Virus record (IMG/VR): IMGVR_UViG_3300042469_000981
Direction: 5' to 3' (one strand)
DNA length: 64,000 bases
Origin: a virus
Each line of letters opens with the position of its first letter. Within the stretch, counting starts at the first letter, position 1. The notes below the pieces were generated by a model. It did not search any database. It worked only from the letters and a program-made list of their open reading frames with translations, and had not been told where the DNA came from. Both the position numbers and the translations under genes were made by a program. This document shows positions 53,889-62,312 of this stretch, in pieces.

Positions 53889-54155
53889 TCATAATTTTTG
53901 TATTCGTTTTCTAATCATAAATTTAAGACATCCTTTCCAAATTAGCAACCTACATATCCATTTAGGTAACCAACCTGCCATATAAGGTTCGGTTTTAGTT
54001 AGAATGTAATAAGCTACTTCCGAGTCACCTTCTACTTTGCTGAATTCAATAGTGGCTTGTTCACCTCTTGCTCTAAAGTAGAAGTAGTGTCCTAAGAACC
54101 AACCTTCTGATTGAACGGGGCAGTTGCCTGATGGTTTGTAATTCCACTTAATCAT
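53889..54155 (-). CDS. Hypothetical protein
   Basis: 88 aa ORF. Confidence 0.65.
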   Translation of the reverse strand: MIKWNYKPSGNCPVQSEGWFLGHYFYFRARGEQATIEFSKVEGDSEVAYYILTKTEPYMAGWLPKWICRLLIWKGCLKFMIRKRIQKL

Positions 54156-54156
54156 A

Positions 54157-54855
54157 TTAATCCATTTCTTTATTATACCCTAAGTTTAATTCTTGAGCTT
54201 GTTTAGTTACAAAGTCTAATTGCTTTTCTCGATTCTCTTTTTCAGTTTCTAGTTTCTCTAACTGCTTTTCAAATCGTTCAATACTACCCCAGATGATACT
54301 TGCATTAGGATCTAGTTCTAAGATTTCAGCTACTAACTCTTTCTGTTTACCCCTAGAATAAAAACCATGTTCAATATCTTCAGACAGGTTTTGCAGATGC
54401 TCAGGACCATGAATTGAAATACGTAAGTCATAGTCTGCCCACTTAGTCTTCCAATCTATAAAGGCAATACCCTTAGTTAGCTTACGTAGTAAGTCATGTA
54501 AAGACCAGTTACGTACTCTAACAATAGACCTATCACTACCAAATACGTGAAGGAATCGTAAGAACCATCTTGGACATAGCTTAGGCTTAGCTTCATAATC
54601 CATAGCTAGTACTAGAGGGTATAGAGCATTAAAGCAGTCACCTTCTTCATTCCATAGATGTGTTCCTAAGTAACCGTATTTCTCAAATCCTTTAGGAAAA
54701 AAGATATAGCGGAAATCATCTAGTGTAATGTTACGGGTGAAAATCATACCCCTCTTTCTTCCTCTCCAAAACAAGAAGAAATACTTAATGTCCTGTAAGC
54801 GCTCTTGTAGGGTAGGAGGCTTATAAAATTTACTATTTTTGTCTATCTTGCTCAT
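54157..54855 (-). CDS. Hypothetical protein
   Basis: 232 aa ORF. Confidence 0.7.
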   Translation of the reverse strand: MSKIDKNSKFYKPPTLQERLQDIKYFFLFWRGRKRGMIFTRNITLDDFRYIFFPKGFEKYGYLGTHLWNEEGDCFNALYPLVLAMDYEAKPKLCPRWFLRFLHVFGSDRSIVRVRNWSLHDLLRKLTKGIAFIDWKTKWADYDLRISIHGPEHLQNLSEDIEHGFYSRGKQKELVAEILELDPNASIIWGSIERFEKQLEKLETEKENREKQLDFVTKQAQELNLGYNKEMD

Positions 54856-55147
54856 TACTTAAGTCTTCTTTTAAACGTTCTAAAAATGTTTGTTCTCCAT
54901 CATCACCACTTACCAACCAATCTATCCTATGAGCATAGATTTGAGCTTTTCTAAGTAGGTCTACTCCTTCTTTAAATTTTTCAATTACTTCATCTGGATA
55001 ATCATAGTAGTAAATTCTATCATCCCAAACTTCATGCCATCTATCTTCATCAGCAACTTCTTTTTTATTTCCTTCAATTATTCTCTCAATTGAATCAGCA
55101 ATCTGTTCAATTTTATATTGCTCGTAATCAAAATGTCCTCCACTCAT
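54833..55147 (-). CDS. Hypothetical phage protein (MSGGHFDY)
   Basis: 104 aa ORF. Confidence 0.7.
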   Translation of the reverse strand: MSGGHFDYEQYKIEQIADSIERIIEGNKKEVADEDRWHEVWDDRIYYYDYPDEVIEKFKEGVDLLRKAQIYAHRIDWLVSGDDGEQTFLERLKEDLSNEQDRQK

Positions 55148-55152
55148 AACTT

Positions 55153-55326
55153 TTATTTACTTGATTTCATTTCAACAGCTATATCTGTCATTTGTTTTGC
55201 TTTTGGTTTACGTCCTCGCTTTGATTTAGGTTTTTCAATACCTAGATTTTCAAACCAAGGAAAAATTTGATCAAATTCTTCCATTGAGATAGTAAATGTT
55301 GTAACTATAAATTTTTCTGGATTCAT
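55153..55326 (-). CDS. Small basic protein with AT-hook-like KRGRKPK
   Basis: Not in the ORF track; 57 aa, MNPEKFIV...KSKRGRKPKAKQ. Confidence 0.6.
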   Translation of the reverse strand: MNPEKFIVTTFTISMEEFDQIFPWFENLGIEKPKSKRGRKPKAKQMTDIAVEMKSSK

Positions 55327-55329
55327 AAC

Positions 55330-55752
55330 TTATTTTTTAACAACAATTAAATAACCCTCAGGTGTTGATTTGAATTGCTCAATAATCATCCCTTTAAATG
55401 ATTTATCAAACATTCCCATATCATGACCTGAATGCATATATGGGCCACCACTGGGGTCAATCATATCAATTTTAGTAGTATCTGAATAGACTAATGGAGC
55501 ATATTTTTTAGCTAATGGAGTTGATTTATATGTTTCTTTATCATACTCATGAACAGCGGTTTTAAATTCACCCATAGTCATTCGCTCGTCTGTATCAACA
55601 TCATTAGAATAAGCCTCATATGCTCGATCATAAACATTAGGCCAACCACAACGCATCCATTTAAATTCACCTTCAAACAAAATATTTCCATCATCCGTTT
55701 TACTGAATGTAAAAACATCATTGTAACGATTTGTATATTTTATTTTTTTCAT
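55330..55752 (-). CDS. Hypothetical protein
   Basis: 140 aa ORF. Confidence 0.7.
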   Translation of the reverse strand: MKKIKYTNRYNDVFTFSKTDDGNILFEGEFKWMRCGWPNVYDRAYEAYSNDVDTDERMTMGEFKTAVHEYDKETYKSTPLAKKYAPLVYSDTTKIDMIDPSGGPYMHSGHDMGMFDKSFKGMIIEQFKSTPEGYLIVVKK

Positions 55753-55976
55753 AGTCCAAAATTATAATCTTCCATAGCAGCATCTTGTTGGGCTTGAGAA
55801 TCTTCATATCTTTGATTATCTTGGTCTACATTAGCCATATAATCATCCCATTCTGATTCTTCATTCATTTCATCAATGATTTGTTTAGCTTCATCTTCAT
55901 CAACCCAAACACCATTTAGTTCAGGAAAATAATACATGTCGTCAATTGAGTAAAAATCTTTTAATGTGTATCTCAT
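55749..55976 (-). CDS. Acidic hypothetical protein
   Basis: 75 aa; class I promoter. Confidence 0.7.
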   Translation of the reverse strand: MRYTLKDFYSIDDMYYFPELNGVWVDEDEAKQIIDEMNEESEWDDYMANVDQDNQRYEDSQAQQDAAMEDYNFGL

Positions 55977-55992
55977 AACCTATTTATTTATC

Positions 55993-56023
55993 TAAATATA
56001 ACAATACTATCTTAAAAGGCCAA
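55993..56023 (-). promoter_or_regulatory. Class I promoter
   Basis: TTGG-N19-TATATTTA. Confidence 0.85.
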
Positions 56024-56024
56024 A

Positions 56025-56447
56025 CTAATCCCACCATTCTTCAATCCTATCATTCATTATTTTAAATAATAAACGTTTTGCTTTTTTGTGTTTGGCTATT
56101 ACATTTTGAACTGCTTCAGATGACCTTACACCGGATTTACATAGCTCATCATAGTAATACTCATTTTGAAGCTTATCAATTAACCTAACACAAGTCATCA
56201 TTAATTCTGCATCACGTTGAGCATTATTATGGAAACCATTTTCGGCTAAATGTTTAGCTTGTTTCTCTAATTTAAATTTTAGTACCTCAAAGATATAATG
56301 ATGGTCCCAATCTCTATCTTTCCATATTACCCAAAACCATTTGTATAAATTTTGAATTCCATATTTAATGTACTTGTGTTGGTATTTAAAATTCCATCTA
56401 AACCACCTGTATAATTTCCAATACCACTCATTATATTCTTCACTCAT
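56025..56447 (-). CDS. Hypothetical protein
   Basis: 140 aa ORF. Confidence 0.7.
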   Translation of the reverse strand: MSEEYNEWYWKLYRWFRWNFKYQHKYIKYGIQNLYKWFWVIWKDRDWDHHYIFEVLKFKLEKQAKHLAENGFHNNAQRDAELMMTCVRLIDKLQNEYYYDELCKSGVRSSEAVQNVIAKHKKAKRLLFKIMNDRIEEWWD

Positions 56448-56674
56448 AACTTTCCATTTACTAAAATTGAACCATCAGTCATAATTTGATAATCAAAATT
56501 ATGTTTTTTTAATGCAGTAACAGCTAGTGTTTTCATTTTAGTGCTATTACCTGTAATAATTTTTCCAGCAAATGCTTGAACTCGATAATCCCACATGATA
56601 GCCCATTCTTCAACTATCATCATAGCATCTTCATGTTTAACACCATGCAAATCTAATACTGAAACTTCTGTCAT
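56444..56674 (-). CDS. Stand-alone Smr-like domain protein
   Basis: VLDLHG..HEDA; KIITG. Confidence 0.65.
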   Translation of the reverse strand: MTEVSVLDLHGVKHEDAMMIVEEWAIMWDYRVQAFAGKIITGNSTKMKTLAVTALKKHNFDYQIMTDGSILVNGKL

Positions 56675-56682
56675 AATTTATT

Positions 56683-56862
56683 TTATTTAGTTAGAATATT
56701 TTTATTACCTGGGGTGTGTTTAGGTTCATAAGGACAATTCAAACATTTATTACCACAACACTTGCCTAACTTAAGTAAAGTTTTAGCGGGGATTGGTAAT
56801 TTGTTTTTTTTATTTAAGTTCCAATCCTCATCATCTAATCTTTCAAGTGTTGCTTTATCCAT
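56683..56862 (-). CDS. Small Cys-rich protein (DUF5522-like)
   Basis: Not in the ORF track; 59 aa with GKCCGNKCLNCPY. Confidence 0.6.
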   Translation of the reverse strand: MDKATLERLDDEDWNLNKKNKLPIPAKTLLKLGKCCGNKCLNCPYEPKHTPGNKNILTK

Positions 56863-56868
56863 ATTTAA

Positions 56869-57072
56869 TTATTTACTATTAATATATGTAACTAGCCCAA
56901 CAATTGCTAAAATTACTAATATAGCCCCTAAAGGAATCCATAAAGGAGCAGTTACCCACCACCAAGACCAAGTAGCAACAACACCCCAACCACCAAGTTT
57001 AAGTGTTAAGAAAATCAAAAATAGAATTGTACCTAATCCTAAACCTTGAGAATCTTTATTATTTTTTTCCAT
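56869..57072 (-). CDS. Small two-TM membrane protein
   Basis: Start revised to MEKNNK; LKLGGWGVVATWSWWWVTAPLW. Confidence 0.65.
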   Translation of the reverse strand: MEKNNKDSQGLGLGTILFLIFLTLKLGGWGVVATWSWWWVTAPLWIPLGAILVILAIVGLVTYINSK

Positions 57073-57076
57073 GCCA

Positions 57077-57107
57077 TGAATATACAAAAGAAGTTTTACA
57101 AAACCAA
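57077..57107 (-). promoter_or_regulatory. Class I promoter variant
   Basis: TTGG-N19-TATATTCA. Confidence 0.7.
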
Positions 57108-57149
57108 ATTAATTTGAAAGAGGTGCTTTAATAGTTGGTAATATAGTAA

Positions 57150-57662
57150 TCATTCTTTGTATTTCCAAATAAATTTATGGGCTGATTTTCTTCTCCCTTT
57201 ACATACTTCACATATAGCTGAACTGGGTACTCCTGTTTTAGAATAGGCTTCACCCATTGATTTATATTCTGCTATGAAATTTCCTTGTTTATCAAATTGC
57301 AAAACAGCTGTACTAGTTCCTAGATCCCAAGTTATTTTTTGTCCCTTAAGTTTATTACTAACTGTTGGTTTTTTTATTCCTTTTTGTTTATTTCCTATTA
57401 ATTTCTTAGCTGATTCAGTTTGTTGGTTTGGTCCGCCACCACCCTTATTTTTATTTAATAAAGTTATATTCCAACCATTAAATAATTCAATCCACCATTG
57501 TTCCCAAAACATCCATTCATTTTCTTCTACTTCATCAATTACTTCTAGAGATACATCTTTACTAAAATTTATTCTATGTTCTCTTAATCGTCTAATAGGT
57601 TCATTAGTTTTACCTAAATAAACAGGTATTTCGTTTTCTAATAATATATAAATTGAAATCAT
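57150..57662 (-). mobile_element. Free-standing GIY-YIG homing endonuclease with NUMOD1 DNA-binding domain
   Basis: SIYIL...VYLGKT..R..EH; E..WI; LLNKNKGG; VLQFDKQG.FIAEY.S..EA...I..VC.G.RKSA.KFIWKY. Confidence 0.8.
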
Positions 57663-57697
57663 AATGGCACGTTTATTATAAATATTGTGCCATTATG
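57660..57697 (-). promoter_or_regulatory. Start-codon-sequestering hairpin with a class II promoter box in its loop
   Basis: CATAATGGCAC-AATATTTATAATAAAC-GTGCCATTATG; the final ATG is the endonuclease start. Confidence 0.8.
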
Positions 57698-57706
57698 TTT
57701 CTTACA

Positions 57707-58702
57707 CTAGTTTGATAAAGGAAATTTAATTGTTGGATGCGGGTCATACCCAATTAACATAAAATCATTTAAATCAATTTCATCAGCTTTACCGGCTAAT
57801 GTGGCTCTAAAATTATGACCTGAACTCATATGTAATCTAGGCAATTCACGAGGTTCTCTATTTATTTGTTCTTTAGCTCCTTCTAAATGGTCTGAATATA
57901 AATGGCAATCACCTAAATGGCCTATAAGGTGTTCAGGAATCATATTAACTTCTCTTGCTATCATTTCAAGTAATAAACCATAAGAAGCAATATTAAAGGG
58001 GAGGCCAAGAGCAGAATCTATACTACGCTGATTCCATAATAAACTTAAATAACGTTGTCCCTCTTTTTCCACAGAATATAGTTGGAAACTATGGTGACAA
58101 GGAGGTAATACCATATCTTCTAATTCAGCTACATTCCAAGCTGAAACCATTAGTCGTCGTGAGTCTGGATTTGTTTTAAGTTCGTTAATTAGGTTTGCGA
58201 TTTGGTCTGTGTATTCACCTGATCCATTATAATAATCTGCCCATCTTCTCCATTGCCTACCGTAGATTGGCCCTAAGTCACCCCACTCTTTAGCAAACTC
58301 ATTATCGGTTTTTATAAAGTTGATGAATTCTTCTTGTGTGAATGGTTCAGTCAATGTTCTATTTTTCTTAGAATTTTCTAATAATTTAGTTTTACCAACA
58401 TATTCACCTTTATTATATCTTTTAATATACGCTTTATAACAATCTCCATCCCAAATATGACATTTATTATCAACCAAATACTTAATATTTGTATCACCCA
58501 TCAAAAACCACATCAACTCAGTTGCCATTGTTTTAAATGGCATCTTTTTAGTAGTTAGTAATGGAAAACCATTCATCATATTGTGATGAATAGTATAACC
58601 AAAAATTGATTTAGTACCTGTTCCAGTACGATCCTTTTTATCTACTCCATACTCAAGAATATCCTTAAGTAATCTTTGATATTGTTCGTCTAATCTATTC
58701 AT
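57707..58702 (-). CDS. thyA: Thymidylate synthase
   Basis: DRTGTGT; FPLLTTKK; YGRQWR; SRRLMVSAWN; LPPCH; QRSID..LGLPFN; HLYSDH. Confidence 0.97.
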   Translation of the reverse strand: MNRLDEQYQRLLKDILEYGVDKKDRTGTGTKSIFGYTIHHNMMNGFPLLTTKKMPFKTMATELMWFLMGDTNIKYLVDNKCHIWDGDCYKAYIKRYNKGEYVGKTKLLENSKKNRTLTEPFTQEEFINFIKTDNEFAKEWGDLGPIYGRQWRRWADYYNGSGEYTDQIANLINELKTNPDSRRLMVSAWNVAELEDMVLPPCHHSFQLYSVEKEGQRYLSLLWNQRSIDSALGLPFNIASYGLLLEMIAREVNMIPEHLIGHLGDCHLYSDHLEGAKEQINREPRELPRLHMSSGHNFRATLAGKADEIDLNDFMLIGYDPHPTIKFPLSN

Positions 58703-58706
58703 GGCT

Positions 58707-58737
58707 TAAATATAAGGAGCCCCTTTCGGGGCTCCAA
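58707..58737 (-). promoter_or_regulatory. Class I promoter (thyA) with an 8-bp GAAA hairpin in the spacer
   Basis: TTGG-N19-TATATTTA; GGAGCCCC-GAAA-GGGGCTCC. Confidence 0.85.
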
Positions 58738-58744
58738 ATCAAAT

Positions 58745-59635
58745 TTACTTTTTAATTATTTTTTTACTTGTTCCGTCACTGTAAATATAAACCACTAACT
58801 CATCCTCTTTAACGTTATAAACACGGCGGCCCATCATATCATACATTGCGACAATCTTAGGTTCAGGTTTAATAATGGTGGTTATAGACGTTGTATTGGC
58901 GCGTTTACATACATCCAAACGTCTGAACATAAATGTATCTTGTCTTAAGCACTTATTCCACCATTCAGCATACATCAACACACGTCCACTGTCTTTAAAG
59001 GTATAATCAGCAATTCGTGTTTGAGTATAACCTAAATAATCCGCATCCGGAAAATCATACTCTATACCAATTTGGTAATCAGTTAAATTATCCCATTCTT
59101 TCTGAGACATTGTATCCATCCAAGGTCCTTTATAAAATACCATATAGTACACCATACAAGTGTCTTTCAATGGATATCCTTTAATATAATTCATTTCAAA
59201 CTTATATTTTTTACAATCATTCATATCTATAGAATATCCTAACCCAGCACCTGGAAATTGGATTAGTTCTACTATACGATAAAGTGCTGTATCACATTTA
59301 TTACATTTATTTACTACTTTTATATACAATTTGTATTTACCTCTAGTATTAAATAATACTTCCACAAATCCATTCCTTTCATAAAGATAATACTCAAATC
59401 CTACACCAGTATCTTTTCCACCTTTAAGAACTTGAGATTTTCCTGTTTGAAAATTATAAATGGACATTTGATAACTAACACAAGTGTCATCACCAATCCC
59501 AGCACCACTTACTTGCCACTTATAGTAGTTACGTTCATTCCATTGCTGGAGTTTCAATGTGCTCCAATCACATTTGGCGTTCAAACCCAATACTGTCAAT
59601 AAGGTAAAAACTAGAGTCATTAATTGTTTCTTCAT
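58745..59635 (-). CDS. Secreted protein with two PKD-like repeats and a T9SS-type C-terminal tail
   Basis: Signal peptide; paired DTC..Y / NKC..DT units; tail MYDMMGRRV...YSDGTSKKIIKK. Confidence 0.65.
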   Translation of the reverse strand: MKKQLMTLVFTLLTVLGLNAKCDWSTLKLQQWNERNYYKWQVSGAGIGDDTCVSYQMSIYNFQTGKSQVLKGGKDTGVGFEYYLYERNGFVEVLFNTRGKYKLYIKVVNKCNKCDTALYRIVELIQFPGAGLGYSIDMNDCKKYKFEMNYIKGYPLKDTCMVYYMVFYKGPWMDTMSQKEWDNLTDYQIGIEYDFPDADYLGYTQTRIADYTFKDSGRVLMYAEWWNKCLRQDTFMFRRLDVCKRANTTSITTIIKPEPKIVAMYDMMGRRVYNVKEDELVVYIYSDGTSKKIIKK

Positions 59636-59876
59636 ATTTTATATTTTTTATTGTTTTATTTGTAACCGAAACCGTAGCATTAAATACTATAATTAATAGA
59701 ATACTATACGGGTTTAATCTCATTTTATTGTATCTTTAAAATTAGTTTCTACTTTAAATTTAGGTTTCTTTCTAGCATTCTTATAGTTTTTAACTGAATC
59801 AACTGTACTAATTCCTACTATAAACGCCACTGTTGAATATATTATATAATCAAAATATTTACTATACCAAGGCATA

Positions 59877-60224
59877 TTATCTACTATAAAATGTATTATA
59901 AAACCAATTACCCCAACTGCGTTTTATTTTTTGTATTTTAATATCAAACCTACGCTTAGCACAAACCACAACATATATTTTAGGCTTCTCATTCAATGAA
60001 CGAATATATTGTTTAAGCGCCTTACCAAAATCAGCCTTAAAAATACTAAACAAAAACCAAAACAACTTCTTCTGATCATAGCTATCAAAGATCCATTTAC
60101 CGCCTTTGTAATTAGCAATTTTCTTCAACTCAGAAGCCTCATGCCCTGAATACACTTCAAAATAGTTGTGATTGGGTTTAAATACCAAATACTCTGTTTC
60201 ACTCAAATTGTATGTAAAATTCAT
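59877..60224 (-). CDS. Hypothetical protein
   Basis: 115 aa ORF. Confidence 0.65.
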   Translation of the reverse strand: MNFTYNLSETEYLVFKPNHNYFEVYSGHEASELKKIANYKGGKWIFDSYDQKKLFWFLFSIFKADFGKALKQYIRSLNEKPKIYVVVCAKRRFDIKIQKIKRSWGNWFYNTFYSR

Positions 60225-60249
60225 AACCTTATTATTTTTATTAATATAA

Positions 60250-60939
60250 TTAAATTTTCTTAAATTTACAAGCTAAAATAACAGCTTCTGCCATCTTTTT
60301 ATGACCCGAGGCCGTCATGTGGCATAAAAAATCCCCACAGTCGGTCCTCGAAATACAATGTGTTTTTACTACTTGCGCCCCCACAATCGAATCCATTAAC
60401 AATTGTTGAAACCTAGCGTAGCGTTGCGGATACCCTTTGTATATATCTCGTCCCGCTACATTAATACATGTTACTGGATCAAACCCTGTAACTACTATTG
60501 GTGTTACTCCAAACCGTAAACACCTGTTTACAATCACCTGGATATTCTTAACTGACTTAATAGGCGGTCTGTTACCAGCCATGTCATTTGCCCCACCGTA
60601 AATAAAGCAGTAATCAAAATACTCAGTTATTGACCTACTAGCTACCTCAACCATCCATCCAGTTTGTTTACCTCCAACGGCTGTGTTTAAGTAACTCATA
60701 CCTGTTTTTTTACATACTTGGTGCTGCCATCCATAATCGGCGGCCGTATGTGAATCACCTATAAATAGTGCTTTCTTTCCTCGCACACTGTATACTATTG
60801 GTGTTGTATCCTTATATACAATTACTGTTGTATCTATTTTGGTTGGTTGTGTTGGTTTGGACCAAGCCATAACCGTGATGATAAAGCCGGCTACCAATAA
60901 TAGTATTAATAATAGGGCTACTTGTGTTGTTCGTTTCAT
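60250..60939 (-). CDS. Membrane-anchored SGNH/GDSL hydrolase
   Basis: N-terminal TM; FIGDSHT; GG; GGAND; DFLCH. Confidence 0.8.
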   Translation of the reverse strand: MKRTTQVALLLILLLVAGFIITVMAWSKPTQPTKIDTTVIVYKDTTPIVYSVRGKKALFIGDSHTAADYGWQHQVCKKTGMSYLNTAVGGKQTGWMVEVASRSITEYFDYCFIYGGANDMAGNRPPIKSVKNIQVIVNRCLRFGVTPIVVTGFDPVTCINVAGRDIYKGYPQRYARFQQLLMDSIVGAQVVKTHCISRTDCGDFLCHMTASGHKKMAEAVILACKFKKI

Positions 60940-60966
60940 AACTTTATTTTAAATTGTATATACGTA

Positions 60967-61155
60967 TTAAGAGTTGTGGGATGGTTGAGCAAGCTTAATT
61001 TTTTTAAGTTCACTATATGCTTTTTGAACTAATCTATGCTCACACCTTATCTCTCCATTTTGTTTTAATTCTTTTACTTTGTCATGCAACTCATAAAGGA
61101 ATCCTTTAGCATGAGCCTTGTGATATAATTCTTCAATTAGTTCATTATTAGTCAT
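60967..61155 (-). CDS. Hypothetical protein
   Basis: 62 aa ORF. Confidence 0.6.
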   Translation of the reverse strand: MTNNELIEELYHKAHAKGFLYELHDKVKELKQNGEIRCEHRLVQKAYSELKKIKLAQPSHNS

Positions 61156-61169
61156 AGATATAAATATAC

Positions 61170-61484
61170 TTATTTCTTATCTAAGTAATGACGTTCATGT
61201 GGTCTTAATTGAACTTCACGCTTCATAGTATGAATATATTGAGTACCAAACTCCTTTGGTTTTTTACATCTAATATTAGTATTCCAATAATATAGAGGAG
61301 CATTATACTCTTCATAACTTGGCTCACCTTTACTATATCTTACAAAACGTCTTGGGCCATTAAAACTTCTAAACTCTCTACAAGTAACTCTATACCATTT
61401 ACCATTTTGTAGTTGGACTTGACTTTCAACAACAGTATTAAAGTCATACCTTAGTGTTTCTGTTTGGCCTCTTTTTTCACTCAT
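61170..61484 (-). CDS. Hypothetical protein
   Basis: 104 aa ORF. Confidence 0.65.
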   Translation of the reverse strand: MSEKRGQTETLRYDFNTVVESQVQLQNGKWYRVTCREFRSFNGPRRFVRYSKGEPSYEEYNAPLYYWNTNIRCKKPKEFGTQYIHTMKREVQLRPHERHYLDKK

Positions 61485-61485
61485 A

Positions 61486-61710
61486 TTAATCTAACAAACC
61501 GTTATTTTCTATAGTGTACCATACTCTTTCTTTCCATACTTCCAACTTAACACCTTCAATCCGGTCAGCATCTTTATAACCTAACATAGTATAATCAGCT
61601 AGTTTCCAAACCAATTCCATTAGTTTAGTGTCTGCTAGTTCCATATCACCTGTTTGAAGAATGTTTAGGCAATTTTTCCACATTGGGGTAATTATATTTG
61701 TTTTTCTCAT
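61486..61710 (-). CDS. Hypothetical protein (start MRKTNII)
   Basis: AGTTATG start context. Confidence 0.6.
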   Translation of the reverse strand: MRKTNIITPMWKNCLNILQTGDMELADTKLMELVWKLADYTMLGYKDADRIEGVKLEVWKERVWYTIENNGLLD

Positions 61711-61792
61711 AACTTTTATTTCTTTAATACATGAATTGTCCATCCGGTCCAAGCTGCTGCTATTATTATTGTAACTACCATAACTTTATTTA

Positions 61793-62065
61793 TTAAATAT
61801 AATCTTGAATATCATACATGTGCGTATCTTGATAAATTTCTACCATATCAAACTCGTTAGCTCTTTCATTTAAACTAGCAACTGTTTCAAAATAATCTTC
61901 TTTAGTTTTAACAGGAAAATCAACTTGGTTTCCATTATCTAAACGCTTAACACATATACGAACCATATCGTATGATTCAATATAACCTGTCATTTCAGCT
62001 CTTCTAAGTTCAACATCATTATCAAATGTAAACTTGTAATTAGGATTGATTTTTATTTTTTCCAT
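61793..62065 (-). CDS. Hypothetical protein
   Basis: 90 aa; class I promoter. Confidence 0.7.
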   Translation of the reverse strand: MEKIKINPNYKFTFDNDVELRRAEMTGYIESYDMVRICVKRLDNGNQVDFPVKTKEDYFETVASLNERANEFDMVEIYQDTHMYDIQDYI

Positions 62066-62087
62066 AACCTTTATTTCTTTTATAATA

Positions 62088-62118
62088 TAAATATAACAAA
62101 TTAATCTCCGAAAGCCAA
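62088..62118 (-). promoter_or_regulatory. Class I promoter
   Basis: TTGG-N19-TATATTTA. Confidence 0.85.
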
Positions 62119-62247
62119 ACCCCTCTTTTCCTTTTTACGGTCGTAAACCTTTTTACTTGATTTAACCCTTGTAATCATGTTACGACGAATAATTTGTTTA
62201 ACCTGTCCTTTACTTAAACCGTTAAATTTATCTTCCTGTTTCATCAT
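62101..62247 (-). CDS. Small basic protein (48 aa)
   Basis: Not in the ORF track; MMKQEDKFNGLSKGQVKQIIRRNMITRVK...; between two class I promoters. Confidence 0.55.
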   Translation of the reverse strand: MMKQEDKFNGLSKGQVKQIIRRNMITRVKSSKKVYDRKKEKRGLAFGD

Positions 62248-62251
62248 ATTG

Positions 62252-62282
62252 TAAATATAACAAAGGGATCTAGCAAAGCCAA
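62252..62282 (-). promoter_or_regulatory. Class I promoter overlapping a terminator-like hairpin
   Basis: TTGG-N19-TATATTTA; GGGGTTTGGC-TTT-GCTAGATCCC-TTTGTT. Confidence 0.8.
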
Positions 62283-62312
62283 ACCCCTTTTTTTATTATA
62301 ATTTGTTTTTTA

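Noticed and set aside
1525-57621. All plus-strand ORFs in the track, and minus-strand 9990..10175
   Set aside because: They are antisense or out-of-frame shadows of longer minus-strand genes (or fall on tRNAs), have no recognisable motifs, and no plus-strand class I promoter was found
57707-58702. Group I intron in thyA
   Set aside because: The ORF is continuous with all catalytic motifs; the extra length is an in-frame insertion, and the endonuclease is a separate downstream gene
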